DNA from: Spirochaetes bacterium GWB1_60_80
Lineage (GTDB): Bacteria; Spirochaetota; Spirochaetia; Treponematales; UBA12059
Direction: 5' to 3'
DNA length: 64,000 bases
NCBI GenBank assembly: GCA_001829185.1
Contig: MIAR01000045.1
Location: 33,440 to 97,439 of the forward strand
The translations under genes and the position numbers were made by a program. Position 1 is the stretch's first letter. The number at the start of each line of letters is the position of its first letter. The notes under the pieces are model-generated. The model had not been told where the DNA came from, did no database searches, and saw only the letters and a list, made by a program, of their open reading frames with translations. Shown piece by piece: positions 19,535 to 30,068 of this stretch.

Positions 19535-20480
19535 GCGGGGCTTGGGCCGGGTCGATCGTCTCGGCGCCCCGGAACACAAAAAAGTAAGCCGAGGCTTCGC
19601 TGTCGGTGGATAAAAGGCCGATGCGGCTGGCCTTGCGGATGCTGTCGCCGACCTTGACGTTGATCATGGCCAGGCCGCCGTAGACGTACATCAGGCCGTC
19701 GGCCGCCTGGACGAAGGCCACGTTACCGAAGCCGCGAAAAGGTCCGGCCGAGACCACGGTACCGGCGCGTACCGCCTGAACCGCCGACCCCGGTTGGCTT
19801 TGGATGGCCACTCCGGTCAGCTTGCCTTGCAGCGGCACCAACAGGCCGTTGCTCGGCCAAAAAAAATTGTCGCCGCTTTGGGAGACGACGATACCGGCCG
19901 CCGACGGGGTTTCCCCGGGGCGGGCGGCCACAGCGCCGGCGTTACCGCCGCTGCCGGCAGCGGCCTGGTTAGTCGTGGCCGCTGCGGGGGCGACTTGGCC
20001 GCCGCCGGCCAGCGCAGTGCCGGGTATGGTCAGGCGTTGGCTGGGCTGGATAGTGTTATTGGAAAGGTTATTCGCCGCGCGCAGGCTTTCCAGGCTGACA
20101 TTGTAGCTGCGGGCGATGGCGTAGAGCGTATCGCCACGCTGCACGACATAGCTGCGAGGGCTGGCCGCTACGGCTGGCGCTGTCACCGGCGTCGCGGCCG
20201 TTCCGCTGCTGCCGGCGCTGGTCGGCACGACGGTGGCGGGCATGGCAGGCGCGACGGCTGTGCTGCCCGGTATGAGCAAATTAGCGCCGACCAGCAGTCG
20301 GGCCGGGTCGCTGATACTGTTGACGCGCATCAGGTCAACAAGCGCTACGTTATACTGCCTGGCTATCGAATACAGCGTATCGCCCCGCACCACCCGATGG
20401 TAAACCGGATCGGCCAAGGCCTGGCCGACAGCGATGAGCAGAATCAGGAAGCAGGCGAAAAATCGTTTATTTCCAATCAT
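19527..20480 (-). CDS. LysM-LysM peptidoglycan-binding protein with C-terminal M23 peptidase-like domain
   Basis: Has two LysM repeats (YHRVVRGDTLYSIARQYNV and YVVQRGDTLYAIARSYNV) and a C-terminal M23-like barrel. The signal peptide begins at the ATG at 20480 (MIGNKRFFACFLILLIAVGQALA). Confidence 0.85.
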   Translation of the reverse strand: MIGNKRFFACFLILLIAVGQALADPVYHRVVRGDTLYSIARQYNVALVDLMRVNSISDPARLLVGANLLIPGSTAVAPAMPATVVPTSAGSSGTAATPVTAPAVAASPRSYVVQRGDTLYAIARSYNVSLESLRAANNLSNNTIQPSQRLTIPGTALAGGGQVAPAAATTNQAAAGSGGNAGAVAARPGETPSAAGIVVSQSGDNFFWPSNGLLVPLQGKLTGVAIQSQPGSAVQAVRAGTVVSAGPFRGFGNVAFVQAADGLMYVYGGLAMINVKVGDSIRKASRIGLLSTDSEASAYFFVFRGAETIDPAQAPRD

Positions 20481-20531
20481 AACATGCCCATTATCGACAG
20501 ATACCACTGCCGGCATGAGCGCGGCCGTCGC

Positions 20532-21407
20532 CTATCTCGCTTCGGCAGTGGGTAGACTGTCCGCAGTAGACGGCTGGTCGGGCTGACGGGAGCGAAACAT
20601 CCAGGCGCCAGCCTCGTCAATCAGCTTGGTCAGCACCACGACATGCACCTCGGCTTTAGCCCGCTCGGTTTCGCGCGACCAGCGTTCAGCGGTGAAAACG
20701 GCCGCCAGGGCGACGCGGACAGCCTCGGCGCGAGCCTGTAGGCGCTGCCTCTCGGCCGGTTCAAGCGTCGACAAGGCGCACAGCGAGCCGACCAGATAGG
20801 CAGCCAGCAGTACCAGCACCTTTTCCCTGCTGTTCAGCAAGCCCTCTAGCGTCGGGGTGGCCGCCGCCGCCCGCTGCTGCATGATCAGCGAAAAGGCGTA
20901 ATAGAAGTGCAGCCAATCCTTGTTGTCCACCGCCGGCTTGTCCAGCCAGCGGGTTAGGAAAGCCTCGGCGCCGGCCGGGTCGTTGCGCAGCAGCCAGGCG
21001 GTGCCAAACAAGGTGGCCTCGCGCTGCAACAGGATGGGTTTGTGCTCCTGCAGGGCGGCCTGCAGCCGGTCGATAGCCGCGCTGTCGGCCCGCAACAACG
21101 AAGCGTTGACATACAGCCGCACATGGCGCTTGGTAAATTGTCGCTTACCAAAAAGACGGATGGCCAGCACTTTGTTCAGTTCGTCCCAGCGCTCGGCCTC
21201 GATCAGGCTAAAAACCTGCCAGTTGGACAGGAAAAAGCCGTTGAAGGCCGCCAGTATCAGCACAAAGAATATGGCCAATGGCCAGTTTTTTTGCCAAAAC
21301 GTGATGCCGTAATCGGCACCGAGCATGAATACCGGCATGAAAAAGATAAAAACAAAGGATATGACGATTATAATATTGAAAAGCAGGAAAATTGTCTTAA
21401 ACTTCAT
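20532..21407 (-). CDS. membrane protein with cytoplasmic helical-repeat domain, function unknown
   Basis: The ATG at 21407 follows GGAG. Two N-terminal TM helices are followed by helical repeats. Confidence 0.6.
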   Translation of the reverse strand: MKFKTIFLLFNIIIVISFVFIFFMPVFMLGADYGITFWQKNWPLAIFFVLILAAFNGFFLSNWQVFSLIEAERWDELNKVLAIRLFGKRQFTKRHVRLYVNASLLRADSAAIDRLQAALQEHKPILLQREATLFGTAWLLRNDPAGAEAFLTRWLDKPAVDNKDWLHFYYAFSLIMQQRAAAATPTLEGLLNSREKVLVLLAAYLVGSLCALSTLEPAERQRLQARAEAVRVALAAVFTAERWSRETERAKAEVHVVVLTKLIDEAGAWMFRSRQPDQPSTADSLPTAEAR

Positions 21408-21521
21408 GACAGAATGCTCCAATAATATAAGAGATAATCCACGGTCCAGGCCAGTGACTCAGGCGGAAGCTGGCCGGCAAAGGATTGTAGACCATGCACG
21501 GAGAGGGGTCAATGGGGAATC

Positions 21522-22691
21522 ATGAATAAAATCCCTATCAGAGACTTGAAGGCGGACGGCTTTTTTGACAAGCCCGTTTTCATAGACGAAAGCTACATCA
21601 TCCTCACCCCGGAAACCCCGGTAACCCAATCGCTCATCAACCGCCTTATCCAGTGGGAAATGAGGGAGCTCTATTCCGAAGGGCAGCTCAGCGAGAGCGA
21701 AACTATCGCCCCTTCCCCGGAAGCCACCCCCGATGAAGCCGAAGAAGCCAAACCGCTAATCAGCTCTGGCGACAACGACCGCGAGCAATTACACCGCATA
21801 AAGGCCTTCTACGAGCAGTTCCGTGACTATGTCGACAAGATTTATACCCGCTACGTTACAAAAAACGAGATCAGCGTCGCCGAGCTGTCCGACAAGGTAA
21901 AGAGTCTCTGCGACATTATCCTTGAAAACCGCCGCTTTGTGCTGCGAGTCATCAGCAGCGTAGCCATCACCAATAACTACCTGGTTGACCACTCGTCCCG
22001 CTCCACCGTACTGGCTATAGTCCTAGGCGGCCAACTCAAGCTGCCACCGCATCGCCTGATCGAGCTGGGCGTGGCCTCGGTAGTACACGAGATCGGCATG
22101 GTCCGTCTGCCGCCGCAATTATACATGGCCAATCGTCAGCTGGCGCCGCAGGAACGCAAAGCCATCACCGCCCACCCGATCCTCGGCTACAACATCCTTA
22201 AAGAGAAGAAATTCCCGCTGGCCGTGTCGCTGGCGGCCCTGGAACACCACGAGCGCATGAACGGCAGCGGTTACCCGCGGGCCCTTTCCGCCGAGAAAAT
22301 TTCGATCTACGCCCGCATCATCGCGGTGGCCTGCTCCTACGACGCCGTCACCGGCAGCCGCCCCTTCAAGGCGGCCCGCGAAGGCTATTTGGGCATGGTC
22401 GACATCCTCAAGAACGAAGGCAAGCAGTACGACGAGCTGGTCATCAAGGCGCTGGTCTATTCCTTGTCGGTCTACCCGATTGGTTCCTACATCCAACTGA
22501 CCAACGGCAAATACGCCCAAGTTACCGACGTGAATCCAGACAATCCGCGTTATCCGATCGTTACTATTCTGGGCGCGCGCACCCCTGACGGCAAGGAAAT
22601 GAACATCCAGACCTCAGAAACCGGCTTGCGCATCCTCAAACCGGTCAGCCAGGAAAGCGCCTTGCTGGCCGCCGGCGTCAAACTGCCCTAG
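21522..22691 (+). CDS. HD-GYP domain cyclic-di-GMP phosphodiesterase-like protein
   Basis: Contains the HD motif (VVHEIGMV) and HHERMNGSGYPRAL (HD-GYP). Confidence 0.85.
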   Translation: MNKIPIRDLKADGFFDKPVFIDESYIILTPETPVTQSLINRLIQWEMRELYSEGQLSESETIAPSPEATPDEAEEAKPLISSGDNDREQLHRIKAFYEQFRDYVDKIYTRYVTKNEISVAELSDKVKSLCDIILENRRFVLRVISSVAITNNYLVDHSSRSTVLAIVLGGQLKLPPHRLIELGVASVVHEIGMVRLPPQLYMANRQLAPQERKAITAHPILGYNILKEKKFPLAVSLAALEHHERMNGSGYPRALSAEKISIYARIIAVACSYDAVTGSRPFKAAREGYLGMVDILKNEGKQYDELVIKALVYSLSVYPIGSYIQLTNGKYAQVTDVNPDNPRYPIVTILGARTPDGKEMNIQTSETGLRILKPVSQESALLAAGVKLP

Positions 22692-22974
22692 GAGTCTGTC
22701 GGACTTAGGAGCGCCAAACAATGTTTTTAGGTGACATTACCCAGCCACTCTAGCAGGCTATTGAAAAAGCCGAACGCGATTTTTTCAACATACCAAAACC
22801 TAAAGAACCCAGTATTTTGGCCCGTTTTCCACGCTTTTTGGCCGATCTCAGCGCCCCGCGGCGTAAAATTGGCTCGTCAATCGGGCCATACAGGAAGTAT
22901 GGCCCTCAATCCTCACCAATTTTCCACTCGCGGCTCGCTTTCGCTGGGCCAAAATCCTAAGTCCGACAAACTCC
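22691..22974. repeat. 284-bp element bounded by 20-bp terminal inverted repeats (MITE-like or long-stem RNA)
   Basis: GGAGTCTGTCGGACTTAGGA (22691-22710) pairs with TCCTAAGTCCGACAAACTCC (22955-22974), matching 19 of 20. The interior has lower GC and contains the hairpin TTGAAAAA-12nt-TTTTTCAA (22761-22788). Confidence 0.4.
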
Positions 22975-23050
22975 TGAGAGGGTATTGAACAGCCGCCCGC
23001 TTTCCGGCAAGCTAGCAGCGCCTCGTTAACCAAAGCACAAGGAGCCAACC

Positions 23051-24706
23051 ATGAATCTTTCAGCACTGCACAAAGCCCGTTATACCTACCAGCCCAAACT
23101 GCCGGCCATCTTGCAAGCCCCAGCCGATAGCATTACCGCCAGCCTCGGCGAACCCACCACATCGGTCGGCGACCAGGCCGCGGTCAAGGCCATCTTCGCC
23201 CACCAGTACGGCAAGCCGATCATCAGCTTCCGCCAGGGCTCCAATCCAGCCATGACTCGGCGCCTGACCGTCGGGGTCATCCTGTCCGGCGGCCAGGCGC
23301 CCGGCGGCCATAATGTTATCGCCGGCCTGTTCGACGGCCTCAAGAAGGGCAACCCAGCCTCCAGTTTGCTCGGCTTCCGCGGCGGCCCCGGCGGCCTAAC
23401 CGACGACCAGTCGGTCGCCCTCGACGCCGCTACAATCGACCAGTACCGCAACACCGGCGGCTTCGACATCATCGGCTCCGGCCGCACCAAAATCGAGACG
23501 CCCGAGCAGTTCGCCAAGGCCGCCGGAGTGGCGCGCGACCGCAAACTGGACGCCGTGGTGGTCATCGGCGGCGACGACTCCAACACCAACGCCGCCCTGC
23601 TGGCCGAGTACTTCGCCGCCCATGACGTCCCCTGCGCGGTCATCGGCGTGCCCAAGACCATCGACGGCGACCTCAAAAACGAGTATATCGAGGCCTCCTT
23701 CGGTTTCGATACCGCCACTAAAACCTATAGCGAACTGATCGGCAACATCGAACGCGACGCGGCCAGCGCCCGCAAGTACTGGCACTTCATCAAGTTAATG
23801 GGCCGCTCGGCCAGCCATATCGCCCTGGAATGCGCCCTGCAGTGCCAGCCGAATGTCTGCCTGATCTCCGAGGAGGTCGAGCAGCGACGCATGACCCTAG
23901 CCGGTCTCTGCGACGAAATCTGCGCCGCCATCGTCACCCGGTCCGCCAAAGGCCTGGATTTTGGCGTGGTATTAATACCGGAAGGCCTGATCGAGTTCAT
24001 CCCCGAGTTTAAAGACCTGATTTCGGCCCTCAACGATTACCTAGCCCACCAAGCCGCGGCCTACGCCGCCCTAACCGACGACGATACCCGGCTGGCCTTC
24101 GTGGCCAAAGGCTTATCCGTCAACCTGGCCAGCCTGTACGCCAACCTGCCGCGCGACATCAGGCTACAACTGATTATGGATCGCGACCCCCATGGCAACG
24201 TCCAAGTGTCGCGCATCGAGACCGAAAAGCTGATCGTCTCCATCGTCGAGAAACGCCTAGCTGAGCTCAAGAAACAGGGCGACTATAAAGGCAAGTTCTC
24301 CAGCCAGACCCACTTCTTCGGCTACGAAGGCCGCTGCGCCTTCCCGTCCAATTTTGATGCCGACTACTGCTACGCCCTAGGCATGAGCGCCTGGGCCCTC
24401 ATCGCCGGCGGTTATTCTGGCTACTTGTCCAGCGTCCGCCAGCTCGACCAGAGCGCCGCCCATTGGCAAGCCGGCGGCATCCCCCTGACTATGATGATGA
24501 ACATCGAACGCCGGCATGGCAGCGACAAACCGGTCATCAAGAAGGCCCTGGTGGAACTGGAAGGGAAACCCTTTCAAACCTTCGCCGCCGCCCGCGCTGT
24601 TTGGGCGGTCGAGACCAGCTACCGCTTCCCCGGCGCCATCCAGTACTACGGTCCCAGCGAGGTCTGCGACCAGCCGACCGAAACCCTTAAGCTGGAGAAA
24701 CGCTAA
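23051..24706 (+). CDS. pfp: diphosphate--fructose-6-phosphate 1-phosphotransferase (PPi-PFK)
   Basis: GGDDSNTNA and PKTIDGDL are diagnostic of PPi-dependent rather than ATP-dependent PFK. AAGGAG lies upstream. Confidence 0.9.
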   Translation: MNLSALHKARYTYQPKLPAILQAPADSITASLGEPTTSVGDQAAVKAIFAHQYGKPIISFRQGSNPAMTRRLTVGVILSGGQAPGGHNVIAGLFDGLKKGNPASSLLGFRGGPGGLTDDQSVALDAATIDQYRNTGGFDIIGSGRTKIETPEQFAKAAGVARDRKLDAVVVIGGDDSNTNAALLAEYFAAHDVPCAVIGVPKTIDGDLKNEYIEASFGFDTATKTYSELIGNIERDAASARKYWHFIKLMGRSASHIALECALQCQPNVCLISEEVEQRRMTLAGLCDEICAAIVTRSAKGLDFGVVLIPEGLIEFIPEFKDLISALNDYLAHQAAAYAALTDDDTRLAFVAKGLSVNLASLYANLPRDIRLQLIMDRDPHGNVQVSRIETEKLIVSIVEKRLAELKKQGDYKGKFSSQTHFFGYEGRCAFPSNFDADYCYALGMSAWALIAGGYSGYLSSVRQLDQSAAHWQAGGIPLTMMMNIERRHGSDKPVIKKALVELEGKPFQTFAAARAVWAVETSYRFPGAIQYYGPSEVCDQPTETLKLEKR

Positions 24707-24746
24707 TGGCCTGACAAGCTGACAAGCAAACCTGCACACCTAAAAA

Positions 24747-24797
24747 CAGCAGCCGGTCGGTTCCCTGAAAGGGGAGCCAACCGGCCGCTGTGCTTTA
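24747..24797. terminator. long hairpin between convergent pfp and the lipoprotein gene
   Basis: CAGCAGCCGGTCGGTTCCC-tgaaa-GGGGAGCCAACCGGCCGCTG, followed by TGCTTTATT. Confidence 0.5.
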
Positions 24798-24823
24798 TTG
24801 CCGGGTCAGTTAAGGCCGCCTGT

Positions 24824-27091
24824 CTACTGATGGAAGCGCGCGATGGTCACCTTCATCAGGCTGCCGTCAGCCAGACTGCCATAGAGCACGCCATCCACCA
24901 GCAAGGGCCGGGCGCTGAGCGCCGCCGGCAGTTCCTGGATGGCCAGCTCGCGGCGATTGGCGACGTCATAGGCTACCAGGCGCTTGGCGGTGGTGCCGTA
25001 ATAGAGGATGCCGCCGACCAGCAGCGGTGGGGCGCTGACGCCGCTTACCGGCGGCATCAACTCGGCGCCGGCCGGGTTCATGCTGTAAATGGTATTGCGG
25101 GCATAGGCGAACACGCCGACGCGGCCATACTCCAGGTCATTGTGGATGCCGCCAGCATCGCCCAGCATGCGTTCCCAAACCACGGCGCGCGTGGCCAAGT
25201 CAACCATTACTACCAGGCCCTTGCGGTCGGCAAAGACCGCCCGGTCGCCCATAATCCTGGCGGCCAGGGCCATCGGCTGCTGGGCGTTGGTCTGAATACT
25301 GGCCACCGCCTCGCCGGTCTCGACGTTCAGCAACAGAAAAACGCCGCGCTGGTTGACGATTGCGGCCTGACCCCGGTAATTGGCCGGAGTCATGTTGGTG
25401 CCGCCGGGTACGGTGATAGTGCGCAGTACCTCGCCAGTCTCGCTGATCACTTCCAGGCCGGTGCGGGTCGGGAAGAGCACAGCGTTGGCGACGGGCACGA
25501 TGCGGTTGCCGAACATATGGCTGCGGTCGCCGGATAATTCGCTACGGTGGACGATGCGGCCGGTGGCAGCCTCGACGATGACGAATTCGCCCGAGCCGGA
25601 ATAGTAGACATTGGCCTTGAACGGAACCGGGTAGGAGCGCTCGGCGGCCCGGTTCCGGGTGGCGATGGTCCAGACAACGCGACCGTTGGCGTTAATGCCG
25701 GAGACGGTGCCCTCAATGTCGGAGGTGATCATCATGCCGGTTCCGGCCATGTGAATCAGGCTGCCGGTAGCTGACCGGGTCAGGGTCGCCCAGCCGGTCT
25801 GCAAGGCGGACGGACGGGCCGAGGGAGCCGGGGTGGCCGGCGTGGTAACGGTTGGAGCCGGCGTCGTGGCGGCCGGGGTAGTAACCGGGCGGCTAGCCGC
25901 GTTGGCCGAATCGGCCGGCGTGGCGGGGGTACCGTTATCGGGTTGCGAGGCGGTCGGAGTAGCCACAGTGGCCGGGCTCACCATAGAAACATTCGAAGGC
26001 GTGTCGACCATAGATTGCGGATCCGGCACGGCGCTGACAGCCTCGAGTTGGCGCAGGTTTTCGCGGCTGGCCGCCGTAGCGCGGACCGGAACCGCCGTCA
26101 AGACCTGACGTTCGGTGTTGACACGCTGGATAACGCGGGCGATGGCGGCTTGGGCAGCCGCTGACATGGTCGGATTGATGGCCAGGGAACCTGGCGCGGC
26201 CTGCGAACCAGGCGCGGCGGAGGCGGCGCTACCCTGGGCAGACTGGGCGGAAGCGGCCACGACCGGCAGCTCCGGCGGCGCCTGGAAAGTCAGTAGCGGT
26301 GGCGCGACGGCAATGACGTCGACACTGGCCGACTCGGCACTGACGGCAATCGGTTCGGCCGGGACTGAAGCGACGGCTTCGGCGATAGCCTCGTAGACGA
26401 CGGCTGCGTCCGCTACCATCTCGGCGTTCATAACCACTTCTTGGTCGGGTTCGACGATGGCGGCCGAGGCGACGATGGCCTGGATGGCAGCGGCGGCGAC
26501 GGCGTTAGTGGAGGCTTCCTGCAGCAGGCTATTCACGATGTCACTAGCCGGCAAAACGGCCACCCGACCGGTGCTGACGGCGATGGTCGTGCCTTTTTCA
26601 GGATCGGAACTGACGCCAAACTCGGTACCGCGCACGCCGCAGACCGAGGTTTCGGTACGGATAGTGTAGGAATCAGCCCCTGCCAGATGCTGCACCTTGG
26701 TGAGGAGGGCGCCTAAATCGAGCGAGGTATCAATCCTGGACGAGGCTTCGGACAGCAAAATCTCGTTGATGGTCAGCGTCGTGCCAAGCTGGAGGCGCAA
26801 CACGGCGGTAGCGCCAAAACGGATCTCGCATGAGCCATCCGGTCCAGTGCGCAGGGTATCACCGGCTTGAATGGCATCACCGATGTCCAGTTCCAGCCAG
26901 CGGTCGGCCCGTTGCAGCTCCACCAAACCCTCGGTGTAGATGCAGGAAGCCGTCAAAGCCCTGGTTGGGGCGGGGGTAGCTGGCTGTTCGGCTGTTTGGT
27001 CCGGCAGGATTGGCGTCGGGCTCGATTCACGACAGGCCACCAGGCCAAGACCCAGGCACACCAGCAGTGCCGTATATTTAATCAGCTTCAT
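24824..27091 (-). CDS. lipoprotein with FecR-like domain, Ala/Pro/Thr-rich linker and PQQ-like beta-propeller
   Basis: The ATG at 27091 follows GGAGG. It has a lipobox (LGLGLVAC). The N-terminal part is FecR-like (TGPDGSCEIRFG...TEFGV). The C-terminal region shows repeated propeller-like blades (GILYYGT, GVLYGS). Confidence 0.7.
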   Translation of the reverse strand: MKLIKYTALLVCLGLGLVACRESSPTPILPDQTAEQPATPAPTRALTASCIYTEGLVELQRADRWLELDIGDAIQAGDTLRTGPDGSCEIRFGATAVLRLQLGTTLTINEILLSEASSRIDTSLDLGALLTKVQHLAGADSYTIRTETSVCGVRGTEFGVSSDPEKGTTIAVSTGRVAVLPASDIVNSLLQEASTNAVAAAAIQAIVASAAIVEPDQEVVMNAEMVADAAVVYEAIAEAVASVPAEPIAVSAESASVDVIAVAPPLLTFQAPPELPVVAASAQSAQGSAASAAPGSQAAPGSLAINPTMSAAAQAAIARVIQRVNTERQVLTAVPVRATAASRENLRQLEAVSAVPDPQSMVDTPSNVSMVSPATVATPTASQPDNGTPATPADSANAASRPVTTPAATTPAPTVTTPATPAPSARPSALQTGWATLTRSATGSLIHMAGTGMMITSDIEGTVSGINANGRVVWTIATRNRAAERSYPVPFKANVYYSGSGEFVIVEAATGRIVHRSELSGDRSHMFGNRIVPVANAVLFPTRTGLEVISETGEVLRTITVPGGTNMTPANYRGQAAIVNQRGVFLLLNVETGEAVASIQTNAQQPMALAARIMGDRAVFADRKGLVVMVDLATRAVVWERMLGDAGGIHNDLEYGRVGVFAYARNTIYSMNPAGAELMPPVSGVSAPPLLVGGILYYGTTAKRLVAYDVANRRELAIQELPAALSARPLLVDGVLYGSLADGSLMKVTIARFHQ

Positions 27092-27217
27092 AAAAAGCCT
27101 CCTCAAGTGATTATCCAAATTGTCCACCCTTAGTATATACCTTTAAGAGCAATACTTCAAAGCGTTAACCGGGAAACTTGGCCAACAACGCCGAAAAGCC
27201 GGACTTGAGGCCGCCAA

Positions 27218-29890
27218 GTGGCCACTACCACCCAGTCAGGTCTTGCCGAAGCCGGTCACGCAGACTATTATACCGCAATGTTCAGTTTCTTGAAACGCCT
27301 GTTTGCCAAAAAGCCAGGAAACCAGCCGCCAATTGAAGCGGAAACCAGCTTAGCCATCGACTTCGCCCAAACCGCTCCGGCCTGGTTCAGCCTCGGCGGC
27401 GACGAGCGCTATGCTAGCAGCCTGCGCCAGAGTAGCCTACTGCTGGAATTGTTCAAGAAAAACCTGTTTGCCTGGAGCGAGGCTACGGCCATCGTGGCCG
27501 GCGACTTTTATATGGAAGCTAGCTTCCGGTTTGGCCCAACGACGACTCAAAGCCTAAGCCCTCCGGGCGACCAAGTGGCTGTGACCGCTAGCGCGCTACC
27601 GGCCAACCCGTTGCCGGCTAGCGCCCCCGTCCGCAACAACGCGTCCGCCGGCTTCATCTTCCGCATGAGCGCCGACGACACCTTCATGTACCTCCTGGTC
27701 GGCAGCAACGGCGCGCTTCGGCTGGAAATGGTATTCAACGGCGAGCCGGCCACGGTCTGCGCCTGGACGGAGTGTCCCTGGCTCGACGCCGCGCTGCCAA
27801 TAAACCTGCAGTTGATAGCCCGGGGCGGCTATTTCCTGTGCCTGGCCAACGGCCGTTTTGCCCTGGAAGCCAGCGACGACCGGCTCAGTAGCGGCCACTG
27901 GGCCTTCGCCGCCCAGAACTACGACACCTGGGACGCCCTCAGCTGCCGCTTGGAACGCTTCAAGCTGGAAACCGGCGCCATGGCCATCGAACGAGTCTAC
28001 CTGGAGCTTGCCAAAAAGCAGACCGCCGACCCGGAACAGCGCCGCCGTCTGGCCGCCACCTACATGGGCATGCGAAAATGGCCGGCCGCCTGGCAGCAGC
28101 TGGTCAAGCTCGGCGAGCGCGATACCCTGACCGCCGGCGACCATTTCCAGCTGGCTGAATGCTACCTGCATGAAGAGTTGCTCCAGGACGCCGAAACCAG
28201 CCTGCGCCGCTGCCTGGCCCTGGAGCCGGACCACCGCGACGCCAACGAAGAACTGTTTAACCTCCTGTACCTGCAGAACCGCTATGACCAGCTCAAGGCC
28301 GGATTGCTGGCCAGCCCGACCCTGGTCGGCAACGCCCGCCAGCAAAACCTGTTGGGCCACGCCTGCTTCAACCTGGGAGACTGGGTCGGCGCCGCCGCCG
28401 CTTACCTGGCCGCGGCAGGACTAGACCCGGCCATGCCCATTTATAGCCTGAACGCCGCCCGGTCGCTGGACCGCGCCGGCCAGGCCGCTGAGGCCGCCGC
28501 CAGCTGGCTGCAGGCCGCCCGCGGCTTCCTGGCGCAGAGCGCCGGGGACGACGCCGCTGAATGCCTCAGCCAACTGCGGCGTCTTGGCTACGACAAGTAC
28601 GAACTGGCTACCATGGAAGCCCGCCTGGCCTGGGAACAGGCCGATTATGACAAGGTCGAAAAGCTGCTGGCCCCCATCGTCAAGAAACAAAAAGGCGATG
28701 CCGTAGCCTGCCATCTATACGGCCTACTGCAAGCCAACCTCGGCAAGCGCCAGGACGCTCTGGCCTGGTTCGACCGGGCGCGCCAGCTGGCGCCGGATAA
28801 TCCCAGCTGTCAGCTTAAATACTGCGAACAACTGTACCTGACCGGCGCGGACTGCCGTACCGCCTTGGCCGAGGCCCTGGGGCTCTGCCCAACGGACGGC
28901 TGGCTCAATAACCTGGCCGGCATTATCGCCCTGCGCAACGGCGACCAATCCAGCGCCGTCGCCAGCTTCCGCCAGGCGGCGTCCGCCCTGCCGGAGGCCG
29001 AGGAACCGGCCATCAACCTGGCCACTGCCCTGGCCGGCTCAGGCGATCTGGACGGCGGCTTAGCCACCCTGGCAGCCGTCCGGCCAAGCGCTGCCACGGC
29101 CAATGCCGCCGGCAACCTATCGGTCGGCGCCGGGCGCCTGGACGAAGCCGTCCTGGCCTACCAGGCGGCAGGCCGCCTGGCCGCCACCGACCCGACCATC
29201 CCGGCCCGGCGCCTGGCCGAGTACCATACCAACCTAGGCGCGGTCTACCTGGAGCAGGAACGCTGGGCCGACGCCGGCGAGGCCTTGCGCCACGCCCTGG
29301 AAATCGACAGCGACGTCCGCAGCCTGATGCTGATGGGCGACGTCTGGCTGGAAACCGGCGAATTCGTCCGCGCCGAGACGGCCTGGAAAACCGCCCTCCA
29401 ACAACAGCCGGACGCCGTCGACGTCCTGGTCAGGCTGGCTGGCAGCTACTGCCGGCGCGGCAAATACGACGAAGCCGCCAGCCTGGCCGACCGGCTAGCC
29501 GTCCTCCAGCCAGAAAAAGAGCGGGAACTGAGAGCGCGCATCCACCAGGCTACGACCGAACAACTGGCCTGCTTGTCCTGCGGCCGCGAGTGGTCCGTGC
29601 CACGCGGCTTGCCCAATGTTCCCCGCCTGCAATTGCGTGGCGAGCTGCCGGACAACGCGCCGGCTGGCGCCTGCCCGGATTGCCAGGCCATCTACTGCGT
29701 AGCCTGCCGCAAGCCCGACCTGGATGACGGCCGCTTCACTTGCGCCCGCTGCGGCAGCCACCTCAAGCTGAACGACGACCGCGTCCGCTACCTGGTGGTC
29801 AACATCGTCCGGGAAGCCGCCGCGGACGCTGGACTTGAACCGGCCGCGCTGCCCGAGTCGCCAAAACTATCCGAACCAGTCGGAAACTGA
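27218..29890 (+). CDS. TPR-repeat protein with C-terminal double zinc ribbon
   Basis: Multiple TPR-like repeats. The C-terminus reads CLSCGREW...CPDCQAIYCVACR...CARCGSHL. The start is GTG at 27218 (GAGG 7 nt upstream) or ATG at 27278. Confidence 0.7.
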   Translation: MATTTQSGLAEAGHADYYTAMFSFLKRLFAKKPGNQPPIEAETSLAIDFAQTAPAWFSLGGDERYASSLRQSSLLLELFKKNLFAWSEATAIVAGDFYMEASFRFGPTTTQSLSPPGDQVAVTASALPANPLPASAPVRNNASAGFIFRMSADDTFMYLLVGSNGALRLEMVFNGEPATVCAWTECPWLDAALPINLQLIARGGYFLCLANGRFALEASDDRLSSGHWAFAAQNYDTWDALSCRLERFKLETGAMAIERVYLELAKKQTADPEQRRRLAATYMGMRKWPAAWQQLVKLGERDTLTAGDHFQLAECYLHEELLQDAETSLRRCLALEPDHRDANEELFNLLYLQNRYDQLKAGLLASPTLVGNARQQNLLGHACFNLGDWVGAAAAYLAAAGLDPAMPIYSLNAARSLDRAGQAAEAAASWLQAARGFLAQSAGDDAAECLSQLRRLGYDKYELATMEARLAWEQADYDKVEKLLAPIVKKQKGDAVACHLYGLLQANLGKRQDALAWFDRARQLAPDNPSCQLKYCEQLYLTGADCRTALAEALGLCPTDGWLNNLAGIIALRNGDQSSAVASFRQAASALPEAEEPAINLATALAGSGDLDGGLATLAAVRPSAATANAAGNLSVGAGRLDEAVLAYQAAGRLAATDPTIPARRLAEYHTNLGAVYLEQERWADAGEALRHALEIDSDVRSLMLMGDVWLETGEFVRAETAWKTALQQQPDAVDVLVRLAGSYCRRGKYDEAASLADRLAVLQPEKERELRARIHQATTEQLACLSCGREWSVPRGLPNVPRLQLRGELPDNAPAGACPDCQAIYCVACRKPDLDDGRFTCARCGSHLKLNDDRVRYLVVNIVREAAADAGLEPAALPESPKLSEPVGN

Positions 29891-30068
29891 GCCGCCAAAC
29901 CGCCGGCAACCAGCCAACCCTATCTTGCCATTTTAACAATAAAGGTATATCCTGCACCGGGCTTCACCCGCCCGGCAACCAGCCTTCCTGCGCGCGCGGA
30001 GGGCAGGCATCATGACGGGCCGGCCGGCACAATGCCGCCGCACCCCTCGCCCCCAGGGAGACTTACAC

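Noticed and set aside
22731-22988. 85-aa plus-strand ORF and 72-aa minus-strand ORF in the HD-GYP/pfp intergenic region
   Set aside because: They lie inside the TIR-bounded element, have no RBS and have atypical composition. They are treated as non-coding.
25800-26420. Ala/Pro/Thr/Ser-rich stretch looking like a tandem DNA repeat inside ORF 24824..27091
   Set aside because: It is a low-complexity linker (TPAATTPAPTVTTPATPAPS... and AASAQSAQGSAASAAPGSQAAPGS) without a fixed DNA period. It is a normal inter-domain spacer of an exported protein.
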